DNA of 63,977 bases, filler included, from Reticulomyxa filosa (GCA_000512085.1; 14 parts of 14 records of this genome joined end to end with filler, not necessarily neighbours in it); one strand, 5' to 3'; positions 23,377 to 35,395 are shown, counted from the first letter of the whole stretch. Notes: generated from the letters alone by a model not told the origin. A program made the numbers and translations.

Positions 23377-25031
23377 TAGCTAATAGTATATACCACCGCA
23401 GAGAAAAAAGAAAAAAATATCAATTCATAACGGCCATGCACATATTGCGTGTAATGTGTAATGTGAGGCAACTGTATTACACGAAAACGACTACGTTGTT
23501 TTGAGTGCCTTACTGTATATAGTTGGCTCTTTTTTTTGTTTCTTTTTTTTGATTGATCCTGTTTTGTTTTTATCTCCCCCCTCTTGTTCAATTTTTTTTT
23601 CATCCTGTGCGTTATTGTTGACTCACGGCCAACAAATGGAGACGATTTTTGCCAAAACTTGAGCCGTTCGATTTGGTGCATCATGATCTGAAAATAATCT
23701 TTTTTGACAAGTTACTAACAATACAACATCAAGGTAAGATATGTTAATAACAAAAATACAATGTGCTTATTTGGTGGACCTTGTAGATATCTAACCTTAC
23801 GTATGATGAATGAAATTTTCAACTATTATTAAAAACATCTTCTTTGTTGCTGTTTTTGCTACAAACGTGTAATGTTACTTTTTGATCTAATTTCGATCAT
23901 TTGAAATATAAAGATTTTGAAATCGAAAGATAATATATCGAAATACCAAGTAAGTCGAAAGTTTTTTCAAAACAAAGATGCAAAGTCATATCAAGAAACT
24001 TTTTGCAACTCTTTTTTTCATTGTTGGTTAGTCAAATCTATGACTTTACTCGTTCCCTAGCGTTAATATAGATCTTTGCTTGGAGCCAGTTATCATGAGG
24101 ATATATGCCAATATTGTAGTCCTGAATCAATTATAATTGAAGCAAAATATGATTGTGTCGTTGATTTGTCGAATGGTCCTTTTGGCCATTACTTTCCTTT
24201 GCATTGCAGTTCAAAGCTTCAACATCATTCCAACCATAAAATCTTATTTTATGAAACAACTGCACAATATCATAAATAGTTCTTTTGCCTCCCTAACATC
24301 AAGTAAAAATGTGATAAAAAAAAACAAACATAGTCGTCAAAAATAAAAATTTCGCAAGAGCGAAAAAAATTCGTTTCACGGGGACATCCTATCAAGTATA
24401 AATTCACATAAACACTTTTTTAAAAATATACAAAAATACATATTGATTGAAATAAAAAAAAATTTTCAGCAGCGCTGTTATTTTCATATATCGCTTTAGG
24501 TTAAAACAAACAAAGTGAAATCAAAGAGAGTAACATTTTCATCACGATTAGAAACATCAAAAAAAGATTATATAAAATAAAACATACCGAAAACTACGAA
24601 ACTAAAACACTTTGTTAAAAAAGCGCTTTCCCTTTGGGCGAAGTTTAAAAAAACTAAAAAAGTTAATTATTATTTTTTTATTTCGAAAGTGTTAGAAAAA
24701 GCAATATTTTGTGTTTGTTATTTTAGTAGATAACATACATCATTACTTTAATCAACCCAAAAGGTTGGCTTATCAAATAGATAAAAAAGAAATTTACAAT
24801 ATCGAAAGATTGCATCTTAAAATTTTTATTTAATTAAAAACTTTTGAAACTTTACCCTTTGTACTTGAATGGTTTTACAATATTTTTAAAAATCTTCATT
24901 TTGTCAAATTGAGAATGATTTACATTATTTGTAATTGATTATATTTCCTTTAAAAAAAACTCAAGAAAAAAGTTTGAGCGTGCGGGAGACGACAGTTTAC
25001 CAAAAAGAAAAAAAAAATTCATTTAACAAAG

Positions 25032-25444
25032 ATGGCTGTCTCTTTGCGAAGAAAAACGTTTGATTTAGACAATATTGCAAAACAAATTGCAGAAAATGTT
25101 GAAATAAAAGATCGTACACATCATTTCAGATTACACAAGCAGTGCTTTGTTGGGAGTGACGTCGTAAAGTATTTCATCATCACAGGCCTTGCAAAGAACG
25201 TTTCTGAAGCCGTGTGGTTAGGAAATTTGTTAATTAAAGAAGATTACATCAAACATGTCGCGTATGCCCACGGGTTTAAGAACGAAAAATTATTATACGA
25301 GTTTACTGAAGAAATGAAAGAACGCGCATCAAGAAGTGCATTACTGTCTATCTCTTTTAGTCCAAACGAGAACATTTTAATCAGTGATGAAGAATTAGAA
25401 GAATTAGGCTATGCGATATACCATAGTTCATTGATAAAGGACAG
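25032..25444 (+). CDS. DEP-domain protein with at least two tandem DEP domains (3' truncated)
   Basis: IKDRTHHFRLHKQCFVGSDVVKY...EAVWLGNLLIKEDYIKHV...FKNEKLLYEF. A second IKDR starts just before the GT donor at 25445. Confidence 0.85.
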
Positions 25445-25586
25445 GTAAAAGAGATTTCAAACAAGTTGTTTTATACGTAAAAAAAANNNNNNNNNNNNNN
25501 NNNNNNNNNNNNNNNNNNNNNNNNNNNNNNTTAATTAATTAANNNNNNNNNNNNNNNNNNNNNNNNNNNNNNNNNNNNNNNNNNNN

Positions 25587-25684
25587 TCCAAGAATTGTCC
25601 CTGCCAATGAAACAATTCATCAGTGGTGATCTATCATGGAAACCAGATGTCATGATCAAAGTTTTGAAGCAGCCAAATTCGTAG
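25587..25684 (+). CDS. Possible 3' end of an unknown gene
   Basis: Open frame from the contig edge: QELSLPMKQFISGDLSWKPDVMIKVLKQPNS-stop. Confidence 0.25.
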
Positions 25685-26207
25685 TCGATACCAAGAGAAG
25701 GATTTGAATAACTGTCAAGCTTCAAGAAAATATCAATTTAAATTGAAATAACTTTATTGTTTTTCTTTCGATTATTTTTGCATGGACCTTTTTGGTCGTT
25801 GTAAGATTTTATGTGTCTTTCTTTTGTTTTGTGTTTCTTTTTTGAGTACTGTGTTCTATTTCTTAGAATGAGGTGCTCTTGTAACTAGAAAGACCTGAGT
25901 TTGTGCAAGTAGATATGGAAAAAAGAAGTAATTAAGCGAGAGAATAGCCAACACTTGACACGCCCTATCTAAAAAAAATATATTTGCATATTGACCACAG
26001 GTAAAGTGACTAATGTGTTCAAAATTAAAGAGTTCATTCATCAAATTGTGATTGTATGACTTGTATTACAGAATTAGTGCTTTATTCAAGTTTCTTTCTG
26101 AAGTTTGAAGTTTTTGTTTTTCGAATGTAAATTATTCTTAAATCAATATCGTTATTTGTCGAAAAGAAGTAGACAAATGAATTTATTTACAAGTAAAAAC
26201 AAACAAA

Positions 26208-28841
26208 TCAAAATATTCCACCACGTTGTTTTACAAGCAATTTTTGTTGATCTTTCAAACCCTTTGTGTCCTTCCAAATACTGTCTTTCATTGATAAACC
26301 ACTTTGAACACCCACTCTCCAAACACATCTTACCAAATTCGTCTCAGCCACATCAATAATTTTACAGTTATCATTACTCCATAGTCGAATTGTTTTATCA
26401 TTTGAGCATGATACTAATTTTGAACAATCAGGTGATAAATGAATACAATTAATAATTCCATTATGTCCTTCTAATACTTGAATTTGTTTTCCTGAAGATA
26501 CATCCCATATTCGAATAGTTTTGTCCCATGAATATGAAATAATTTTAGAACCATCTGATGAAAATTGTACTCCTTTTACGCGATCTGAGTGTGCTTTTAA
26601 TATTTGAATTTGTGCCCCTGTTAATGAATTCCATAATCTAATTGTTCTGTCATTTGAACAGGATATAATTTTAGTACCGTCTGAAGAAAATTGTACTTCA
26701 TTTATAGCTTCTTCATGTCCTTCTAATAACAAAAGTTGATTTCCAGATAATAAGTCCCATATCCGAATTGTTTTATCTCCCGAACAAGATACAACTTTAG
26801 ATCCATCCGGTGAAATTTGTGCATCCAGTACATAGAGTTCATGTCCTTTAAATACTTGAAGTTGTCTTCCAGATAAAACATCCCACAGTCGCAGTGTTTC
26901 ATCAAAAGAATAAGACAAAATTTTGGATCCATCTGGAGAAAATTTTACTCCGATTACACCATCTAAATGTCCAGGCAATACTTGACTTTGTTTTTTTGAG
27001 GATATATCCCATATTAAAATAGTGTTATCACTTGAGTATGACACAAGTTTGGAACCATCTGGTGAAAGCTCTGCTTTCATTACCCAGTTTAAATGTCCAC
27101 TTAATAATTGAATCTGTTTTCCTGATAATACATCCCACATTCGAATTGTTTTGTCATTTGAATATGATATAATTTTAGAGTCATCTGATGAAAACAACGC
27201 TCCATTTACACGCTTTGAATGGCCTTCAAATACTTGAACTTGTCTTTCTGATTGTATATCCCACAATCGAACTGTTTTATCTTTAGAACTTGACACAATT
27301 TTAAAACTATCAGAAGAAAATCTTGCCTCTGTTACATCATCTAAATATCCTTCTATTAACTGAATTTTTCTTTCTATAGCTATATCCCATATTCGAATCG
27401 TGCCATCACCTGAACATGATATAACTTTGAGTTCATTTGGAAAAAATGATACATCATTTATAATATCTAAATGTCCTTCTAATACTTGAATTTGTTTTCC
27501 AGATGACGTATCCCATAATCGGATCGTATTATCATATGAACCAGATACAACCCTGGAACCATCAAATGAAAACCTTGCTGAGTTTACATTATCTGTATGT
27601 CCTTCCAACATCTGAATTTGTTTTCCAGACAATAAATCCCATATTCGAATCACTTTATCATCATATGACAAAATTTTCGATCCATCTGATGACAACTGCA
27701 CTCCATTTATACGACTTGTGCTCTCTTCTAATAGTTGAATTTGTTGGCCTGTTAATACATCCCATGTTCGAATAGTGTTATCATCTGAATATGATATAAC
27801 TTTTGATCCATCGGATGTGAACTGTACTCCAGACACATTACTCAAATGCCCTGCTAACAATAGAATTTGTTTTCCGGAAAACACATCCCATATTCGAATA
27901 GTTTTATCGTTTGAACATGATACCATTTTGGAACCATCTGATGAAAATTGTACTTTATTCACAAAATCTAAATGTCCTTTTAACAATTGAATTTGCTTTC
28001 CAGATGATACATCCCATATTCGAATAGTATCCTCCCATGCGCATGATACAATCTTAAAACCATCTGGTGAAAATTGTACTGCATATACAGTCTCTGAATG
28101 TCCTTTTAGTATTTGAATTTGTTGACCTATTAATGCATCCCATATACGAACAGTTCTGTCAGACGAGCATGATACAATTTTGGAACTATCAGGTGAAAAT
28201 TGTGCACTTATTATTGTATTTGTATGTCCTTCCAACACATGAAGTTGTCTTTGTGATGATGCATCCCATATTCGAATAGTATTATCATTTGAACAAGATA
28301 ATATTTTTTTTCCATTAGGTGAAAATTGGATACTAGTGATATCACCTTTATGTCCTTCCAAATAAGCATATTCTCCAAAGTATACCTCATTCATTGATGC
28401 ATTTGTAAAATTTACCCCGTTTAAACATGCTTGAAAAAGACGTACATGATCTAAATTGGCATTATTAAGGTTCGTTCCTTCAAGGAATGCACGATCTAAA
28501 ATTGCACAAGGAATTTTTATATTATTCCAACTTTGATTATTCATATTTACATTCGCTGAATTAAGTATTGTGATTGCATTTGCTGCTGCAATACTAACAT
28601 TTTCATTATTCTTTGATGATTCGATGATCCGAAACAATCTTGATTTCAAGTTTATAAATATCGGATTCGTGTCGTGAACTCTCTCTGCAATAAATTGTAT
28701 AATACCTAATTCTTCATTTAATAATTTATAATTTATAGATAATTGTTTAACATGCATTTCAAATTGTTGTTGAAATTGTTGATTATCAATAGTAACGATA
28801 TTGGGTTTCCATGAAAGAATGTCAAATATAATTTTTTGTGC
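26208..28841 (-). CDS. Pentapeptide-repeat + 16xWD40 protein, C-terminal part of a probable NACHT-WD40 (NLR-like) protein (5' truncated)
   Basis: Intronless frame open to the contig edge. IIQFIAERV...IESSK...AAANAITIL, then pentapeptide repeats (AILDRAFLEGTNLNNANL), 16 GH...WD units of about 42 aa, and terminal GL...QKLLVKQRG. Confidence 0.9.
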   Translation of the reverse strand, partial: AQKIIFDILSWKPNIVTIDNQQFQQQFEMHVKQLSINYKLLNEELGIIQFIAERVHDTNPIFINLKSRLFRIIESSKNNENVSIAAANAITILNSANVNMNNQSWNNIKIPCAILDRAFLEGTNLNNANLDHVRLFQACLNGVNFTNASMNEVYFGEYAYLEGHKGDITSIQFSPNGKKILSCSNDNTIRIWDASSQRQLHVLEGHTNTIISAQFSPDSSKIVSCSSDRTVRIWDALIGQQIQILKGHSETVYAVQFSPDGFKIVSCAWEDTIRIWDVSSGKQIQLLKGHLDFVNKVQFSSDGSKMVSCSNDKTIRIWDVFSGKQILLLAGHLSNVSGVQFTSDGSKVISYSDDNTIRTWDVLTGQQIQLLEESTSRINGVQLSSDGSKILSYDDKVIRIWDLLSGKQIQMLEGHTDNVNSARFSFDGSRVVSGSYDNTIRLWDTSSGKQIQVLEGHLDIINDVSFFPNELKVISCSGDGTIRIWDIAIERKIQLIEGYLDDVTEARFSSDSFKIVSSSKDKTVRLWDIQSERQVQVFEGHSKRVNGALFSSDDSKIISYSNDKTIRMWDVLSGKQIQLLSGHLNWVMKAELSPDGSKLVSYSSDNTILIWDISSKKQSQVLPGHLDGVIGVKFSPDGSKILSYSFDETLRLWDVLSGRQLQVFKGHELYVLDAQISPDGSKVVSCSGDKTIRIWDLLSGNQLLLLEGHEEAINEVQFSSDGTKIISCSNDRTIRLWNSLTGAQIQILKAHSDRVKGVQFSSDGSKIISYSWDKTIRIWDVSSGKQIQVLEGHNGIINCIHLSPDCSKLVSCSNDKTIRLWSNDNCKIIDVAETNLVRCVWRVGVQSGLSMKDSIWKDTKGLKDQQKLLVKQRGGIF

Positions 28842-29128
28842 NNNNNNNNNNNNNNNNNNNNNNNNNNNNNNNNNNNNNNNNNNNNTTAATTAATTAANNN
28901 NNNNNNNNNNNNNNNNNNNNNNNNNNNNNNNNNNNNNNNNNATAGTAAAAAAAGTACAAGAGCTCTTTTTGCGTGAAGATCAAAACAATAAACAAACATA
29001 TTTTTATCGGGCTTTTAAAGCCCAAAAAGAAAACAATATACAGAAAAGTGTCCACCAGTTTTTGCTGAGCTAGAATTTTTTCTTTAAGTAAAGTTTTTGT
29101 GTATTGCAACTATTAATAAAAGTAAGCG

Positions 29129-29823
29129 ATGTCCAAATTGATCTCGGTGCTGTTGTTTTTATTGGCACACGTATGGCTCTCACTTGGCAATACTTGTGGA
29201 GGTAACTGTCCTTCGAACGACTGCAGTTCCTGTCCTTGTGGAACATCAACTAACTATCAAAGTGTAAGCAGCTGGTGCAGCGATGGAGCAAGTGTTGGCT
29301 GGAGTATGGGATGCTGTGAGTGCATTGGTATTGAAAAAAGCAAAAACAATAAAAGACAAAAAATGAAAATATTTTGGTGTCAAATGGAGTGTGTTTTTTC
29401 TTTTTTTGAATGGTGACAGCCAACGCCGAGAGTGGTGGAAATGCTAACGCTGCAAACGAAAATGACAACGCAAGCTATGATATCGGTTTGTGGCAAATCA
29501 ATTCAGTAAACTGGGACAGGTTTGTGAACAATACAAAAACAAACAAGGAAGGGTGACCTTGTTTTTGGACGATAATAAGACTTTTTTTTATTGGCTACAG
29601 TTGCAGCGGCGGCTCTGCTCCATGCAACCCAACCACAAATATGGGTTGCGCGCAATTAGTTTGGGAATGGGGTGGTCACACCTGGAAGTTAAGCTATAAT
29701 TTTTTTTGATGATGTTGCTTTTCTTTTAGTAATGTCACCTCGTTTCATGTACAAAATAATTTTTTTAAAAAAACTAGGTATTGGAGTACATGTAGCAAAT
29801 GCGGATGCTGTGACAGTGCATAA
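29129..29823 (+). CDS. Secreted Cys-rich lysozyme-like (c-type/transglycosylase fold) protein, 4 exons
   Basis: Signal peptide, then TCGGNCPSNDCSSCPCG. Spliced CCECI|ANAESGGNANAANENDNASYDIGLWQINSVNWD|SCSGGSAPC...WGGHTW|KYWSTCSKCGCC. Exons 29129-29327, 29420-29519, 29601-29687 and 29778-29823. Confidence 0.82.
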
Positions 29824-30159
29824 GAAACTTTATTTGTATAGAGCTTTTTTCTGGTTTTATTTTTTTTTTTTTGGTTCCACCAGCTGGATTTATAAAAATT
29901 TGGACCTAAAAAATAATTGTAAGCAATCTTTGCTTTACTTTCTCGTATGCGCTTTTGTTGCGACGATAATTTTAGAGGAAATGTTGCGGAAAAGCGCTTT
30001 CCTTTTTTCAAAGCGTAGTGGTTTTTAAAAAACGTTCCAGCTTTTGTTCCTGAATATCATGTTTTTTTTGTCTCGCTTTTTTTCACTATAAGCTGACAAA
30101 TTAGGCTTACGTTTCTAATTTCAACTTTATTGACAAAAAAAATCCTCCTGAATTCATTG

Positions 30160-30737
30160 ATGAAAATGTTGCACGAATTGGATTTATTGGACCGTAGATT
30201 AAGTGGCTATTTGCATAAATTGGAGCTAAATTACTGGGATATATTGATTTGTATTCCTGCAATAGCGTTTGGTGTGTGGGGAGTGCCGCTTTTGTAGTAT
30301 GGTATTTCTACGTTTATCAATCGGCATTGTTATTAATTGCAGTCCTTTCTACAGTAATAATAAACGAATCCTTAAAATTTGTGATTAAAAGACCTCGTCC
30401 ACATCAAAAAACAATAGGGAACAAATTCCCCAATCTTCGAAATGTTCATCACAATCCATCAATGCCGTCAGGAGATACCGCACAAGTTTGGTATTTGTGT
30501 ATGAGAGAAAGAGGTTGACAGACCTTAAAAAGAGGTCACACATTGTTTTTTTGTATCAAGGCAGCGGTGATGGCCATTACACTAATCAGTCATGGTTATT
30601 CGAATTACTGGTTGCTAATGATTCCATCGTGCGCATTTGGAAGAATCTATTACGGTTCTCATTACATTGGAGATTGTGTGGTTGGTGCACTCATCGGTTT
30701 GGCCTTTGGCATCCCTGTCAATTATTGGTACAGTTGA
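30160..30737 (+). CDS. PAP2-superfamily membrane phosphatase, 2 exons (1-nt frameshift at T4, 30290-30293)
   Basis: KFVIKRPRP (C1), PSGDT (C2 variant), GRIYYGSHYIGD (C3), and hydrophobic helices. Confidence 0.85.
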
Positions 30738-31121
30738 ACTCACTTTTTTTCCTTTTTGTGTTGTTTGCCAAAGATCAAAAAAGTGTTGTTTCGATATGTG
30801 AATCAGTGTTTAACTTGCCATTATTCTTTGTAATTTGTTGTCATTCAAAAAAAAACATGTGAAAGAAATAATTAAGATTTTTTCGTTTTTGTTTAAAGTA
30901 AAAAGCAAAGATTACTTGATCCTGCAATTTACATCATACTTAAGCAAACAACTATCTCGACGAATAATTTTCTAAGCTAAGAATACAAATAATTTTCAAA
31001 CAATAAAAATGCTATTAATTTTTTGCGGAAATAACAAATTAGCCTTAGTCAAAGGATTTGCGTCTTATTTGAAGATTTTTTTTTTGAAAATAGTTCATTT
31101 TTCTATTAAAAAAGGATAATA

Positions 31122-32579
31122 ATGCTCTCTCTTGAAGATCATTTAAAACAATTTGAATCAAGCGAGCAATGGAAAGAAAAAAGGGAAGAAGAGGGAAAAA
31201 AGCACTCGTCTTCGCAGCAGGAAGTAGCGATAACATTGTCGGGTATTTCATCAACATTAGACGAACTGCAACTGAGGCTGATGGTGAAAAATGCATTAGA
31301 GACAACGAAAAAGAACAAAAAAGGAGAACTTCCATGCTTCAAAATCAAATTTTCGGAAACGAGCAATAAGAATGAGAACGAGTGTACAATTTCAATAACA
31401 GAAGGAAAAGAAAACATAACAGACGTAGCAAGTTTAAAAAAGGAGATAATGGAACAAATTCAAAACCCACCGAAAACAAATAAAAAGTTAGAATATCAGG
31501 AAAAGCAAAGTAAAAAAGCACCACAAGAGCAAATCCAAGAAAAAGAAGAAGAAAGAGGAGCAAATAAGAAAAGAACATTTTCGGAACATACGCGAAGCGA
31601 CGTAAGTAAGCGGGAACAAGAATATTATCCAAGCAGTGGCTATAAAAGATTTGATGACGGTGAAAACGAGAACACGACAGTTGAAAAACGCGTTTCTACG
31701 AAAAAAGAAAAGAATAGTGCGAGAACAAATGAGCGAAGAATGGAGGAGAAGCAGTCCTCAAACACCTTATCGAAATCGAAGAGAAAGATGAATAAAACTC
31801 CGAAAGAGATTTCCTACTTTACGCAAGTATGTGACATGTCTCAGAACAAGTGCATCTGTGTGGTGTTGAAGAATATACCAAGTGTGATGAACGAAGAGCA
31901 AGTGTACGAGTGCATTGCCAATGGACTGAACACAGAGAAGGACAACCACGCCAATGCAATGGGATTGGCTAAGACCATCGACGTGCATATCTTTCATAAC
32001 ATGCACTTCAAAAACAGATCAGGATTTGCGTACGTATACTGCCAAGACCGAGACATGGGCTACAAGATATTGCAGCTGTGCAAACAAGAGCTGCTGCGCT
32101 TTCGCGGCACGTGCAAATTACGTTGCGACGTGCGCAAGAGTCGTCAAGACCGTGACAGCGAGTCGGTGCTGTTCCAAACCGACGAATCCCTTTGCGGACA
32201 AACCAGATTTTTGAACTGGAGCAACTTGTCGTGGAAAACATGCCATTTGCACATTGTGGAGTGGCTTCGCAAGAAACAGACGCAGTTACCGTCGTCGCAA
32301 GCGCAGTTGGACGTGCTGCCGCTGTGGATAAAGCTCGTCGAAGATAGAAACGGCTTCACCAAGAATATCTGCATTTTGGAAATGAAGACACCAGAGGCAG
32401 CAGAATATGTGATCAAACAATGGAATAAACAAAAGTTAATGGGTAGAGTCGTGTATATGGGATTTAGTTGTTATCAAAAGCGCTATCGATATGATAATGA
32501 CAATGACAATAATGACAACAATGATAATAATAATAATGACAATGACAATGATAACAATGATAATATTAATAATAATAAC

Positions 32580-32628
<49 letters not shown>

Positions 32629-33832
32629 TTAATAATAATAATAATAATAATAAAACTAATCGCATTATGTTACTCAATTTAGGACAACATATAAACGAAA
32701 CACATATTATTCAATTTTTTGAAAAGGCCGTTCACTCTCGACAGATTAATATAACTCTTCCTCTCAAAGACATCTACTTGTTTCAGTCACAGACATTTGT
32801 CACTCCTGGACATTGCATTGTGGAACTTCACAGCCATGAAGATGCTCTTCAATGTGTCGACAAACTCAATTACCAAATTCTTTTTGTTTATCCTTTTCGG
32901 TCCGTCGTGGTCGAACTGGCCAAACCCAAACCACAAAAAACGGGCAGCTTTGAAACAAACGACGAGCAAATATCTGCAGATGCGAGTGCGTCTTCCCTCA
33001 CTCTTGCACTCAAAGGCAAAACACGGCGCTTGTTTGTTTCGAATTTGCATTGGAGTGTCACCAATGATACTTTGCAACAGCATTTCGCTGGCTCTCAAAA
33101 TCAAAACAATGACGACAACGACGATAACAACAGAATTCAAAATTTCTTCATCCACAAAACCAAACAGGGGTTCAGTAAAGGCTTTGCTTTTCTCACTTTT
33201 TTTACAGTTCAAGATGCCGCAGACGCTTTTCAAAACTTCAATCATACCGATTTGCTTGGCAGAAAAATTCAAGTTTTTTTTTTTTTTACCCTAATCTCTT
33301 CCTTCTCCTCTACACAAACACATGTGTCTGTAAATAGCTCCAATTCATTCCCGAAGAAGGAAATAGACGTGTCTGGAATGATGACGACAATGATGCGAAT
33401 GAAGACGCTCAAGATAAACATAATAACGAATATCAAGAAAATGAACACCAGGATAACACATATCAAGAAAATGAACACCAGGATAGCACATATCAAGATA
33501 ACCAATATCAAGATAATCAATATCAAGATAATCAATATCAAGATAATCAATATCAAGATGACCAATATCAAGATAATCAATATCAAGACAATCAATATCA
33601 ACACGATAACAACTATGATGACAAATATGCCAATGACAATTATCAACATAAATCTAGTTATAACAATTCAAGACAAAATAACGCTTCCTATGGATATTAT
33701 CGTGACACTAGTGATCAAAATACATCCTCTAAATATTGGGATGATTTTTGGGGAAAGGACCATACATTCAATTCCGACACTAGTGCAAACACAAATTCAC
33801 GATCTCAAAATACAAAAAACTGGTGGAAATAA
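31122..33832 (+). CDS. Multi-RRM RNA-binding protein with poly-Asn and a YQDNQ-repeat C-terminus, 2 exons
   Basis: RNP motifs VVLKNIP/SGFAYV, IMLLNL/GHCIVEL and LFVSNL/KGFAFLTF. An intron at about 33273-33337 shifts the frame to LQFIPEEGNRR...YQDNQ...KNWWK-stop; the ORF-track tail (IKIIN) is off-frame. Confidence 0.85.
32576..32652 (+). repeat. (AAT)n microsatellite encoding poly-Asn
   Basis: Near-perfect AAT array inside the RRM gene. Confidence 0.9.
33431..33595 (+). repeat. Coding minisatellite: 2 x 30 bp followed by 7 x 15 bp (TATCAAGATAATCAA)
   Basis: Units counted directly. They encode YQENEHQD(N/S)T twice and YQD(N/D)Q seven times. Confidence 0.9.
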
Positions 33833-34255
33833 TTCGCGATTATTAACCTAGTTTTATGATCATTACTGCACTTGGTCTAATTTTCTGTTAACATTAGCTA
33901 CTTGCTCTTTCTTTGTTTGTATTTCCACTTAAGCAGACTTTGCTCTGTAATTTTGATTTATTCTTCGTACGTTATTTTATATTAAATTTGAAAACAAAAG
34001 TCTTACATTCAATTTATCATTTTAAATTTGATTTATTTATAATTATGTAATGTACATAACAAGTTTTCACAAATATTGTGAAAAAAATTAAATCACACTG
34101 ATAACTTAAGTCCAAAAACGGAATGTTCGACAAATTGAACAAACTAATAATTTTTCCATTTGCATTTTCTACGAGGAAAACAAAAAGGAACTTTTTCCCT
34201 GTATAATCTATTTCTTCGTCAGATATCCATTATTTATTAAGCAAAAAAAACTGAA

Positions 34256-34843
34256 ATGTTGCGCGGTAAATTTGAAACAGATGAATTGCGAAAGAATATA
34301 AAAAATCAATTGAATCGTTTGTTGATGCAACTGGAAGACTTGGAAAAGTTTAAGGACGAGTTTGACAGCATCGAGGAATGGACAGAAGAAAAAAATGAAA
34401 CAGAGCAACAACTGCAAGAATTTCAATCATTTTTGGACCGCACCTTGTCCGGAGATATGACATTAATTGATGAGTTTTCCAGTGTACAATTGGCAATCCA
34501 AGCCACAATTGTTAATGCATTCAAAACCCCAGAAATTATTCGATTATTTGCTGCGAAAGAACCTAACATGTTACGTGAAAAGCTACAACAGTTACAAAGA
34601 GATTTAAGTACTAAAAAGATCACCAAGCAAAAATACAAAGAACAATGTTACGAAGTATTGTTGGCTTTGCAAAAATTGCAAGTGAAATTGTCGGTTGAAG
34701 AGCAGAAATTTATTGAAAATTACGAAGCTCGAGGCATGACATCCATGAAAACTACTGCTTTGGCTGAAAATATCAACTCCATTCGAAAAGGTATTCAATC
34801 AACTGATACTAACCAAGGAACTGATCAAAAAACGTCAGAATAA
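34256..34843 (+). CDS. LZIC: LZIC (leucine zipper and ICAT-homologous domain protein)
   Basis: RGKFETDELRKN...QLNRLLMQLEDLE...SGDMTLIDEFSSVQLAIQATIVNAFKTPEIIRLFA. Confidence 0.93.
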   Translation: MLRGKFETDELRKNIKNQLNRLLMQLEDLEKFKDEFDSIEEWTEEKNETEQQLQEFQSFLDRTLSGDMTLIDEFSSVQLAIQATIVNAFKTPEIIRLFAAKEPNMLREKLQQLQRDLSTKKITKQKYKEQCYEVLLALQKLQVKLSVEEQKFIENYEARGMTSMKTTALAENINSIRKGIQSTDTNQGTDQKTSE

Positions 34844-35395
34844 CTTGTTTTTTTTAAATATTGCAAAAACACAAAAGAATTCTTCTCTTGAAGTAAATAC
34901 TTAAGTCAAAGTAAATCTCTGTGCATGCACTTTCGAAAAATATTATATATCATCAAAAGGAAAGAGATCAAAGAAAAATAAATTAAGGAACAAATAGAGT
35001 TTAAATAATCTCTTTTTAATGTGAGAATGAAAAGGTTTTTACAATATTTTGTGGATAAAAAAAACAGAGCGTGTTAGGTGAAAATGTAGTTAATTATGTT
35101 GTTTTTTAAATAATTATTATTGGAAGTTTTTCTCTCCACACAATTCCACTTAAACAGCCAAACCGAAGAGAACTAACATTTGTCGGGGCTTTTATTCAAA
35201 TCGTTAAATGTTGCTTCTTTTTTTATTTAAAAAAACTAACGCATAATCTAAATGAAAGAACCTAAGTAAAGCAAAAAATAGATGGAGACAACAAAATTAA
35301 ATTATATGTACACAGTAGAAAAAAAAGAAATTTGACATGAGAGTTTCTTTTCCCTTTTTTTGATATAAACTCTTTAATATTGTCTTAAATCAACT

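Noticed and set aside
24076-24279. Cys/His-rich fragment faintly like a TRAF-type zinc finger
   Set aside because: Too degenerate, with no start codon or splice support.
26380-28370. Regular ~126-bp repeats as a CRISPR-like array
   Set aside because: They are in-frame WD40 coding repeats without a repeat-spacer structure.
33269-33851. IKIIN-repeat tail and antisense poly-Ile/Leu ORFs (also 1703-1912, 7848-8204, 32483-32677)
   Set aside because: Off-frame or antisense shadows of coding microsatellites.
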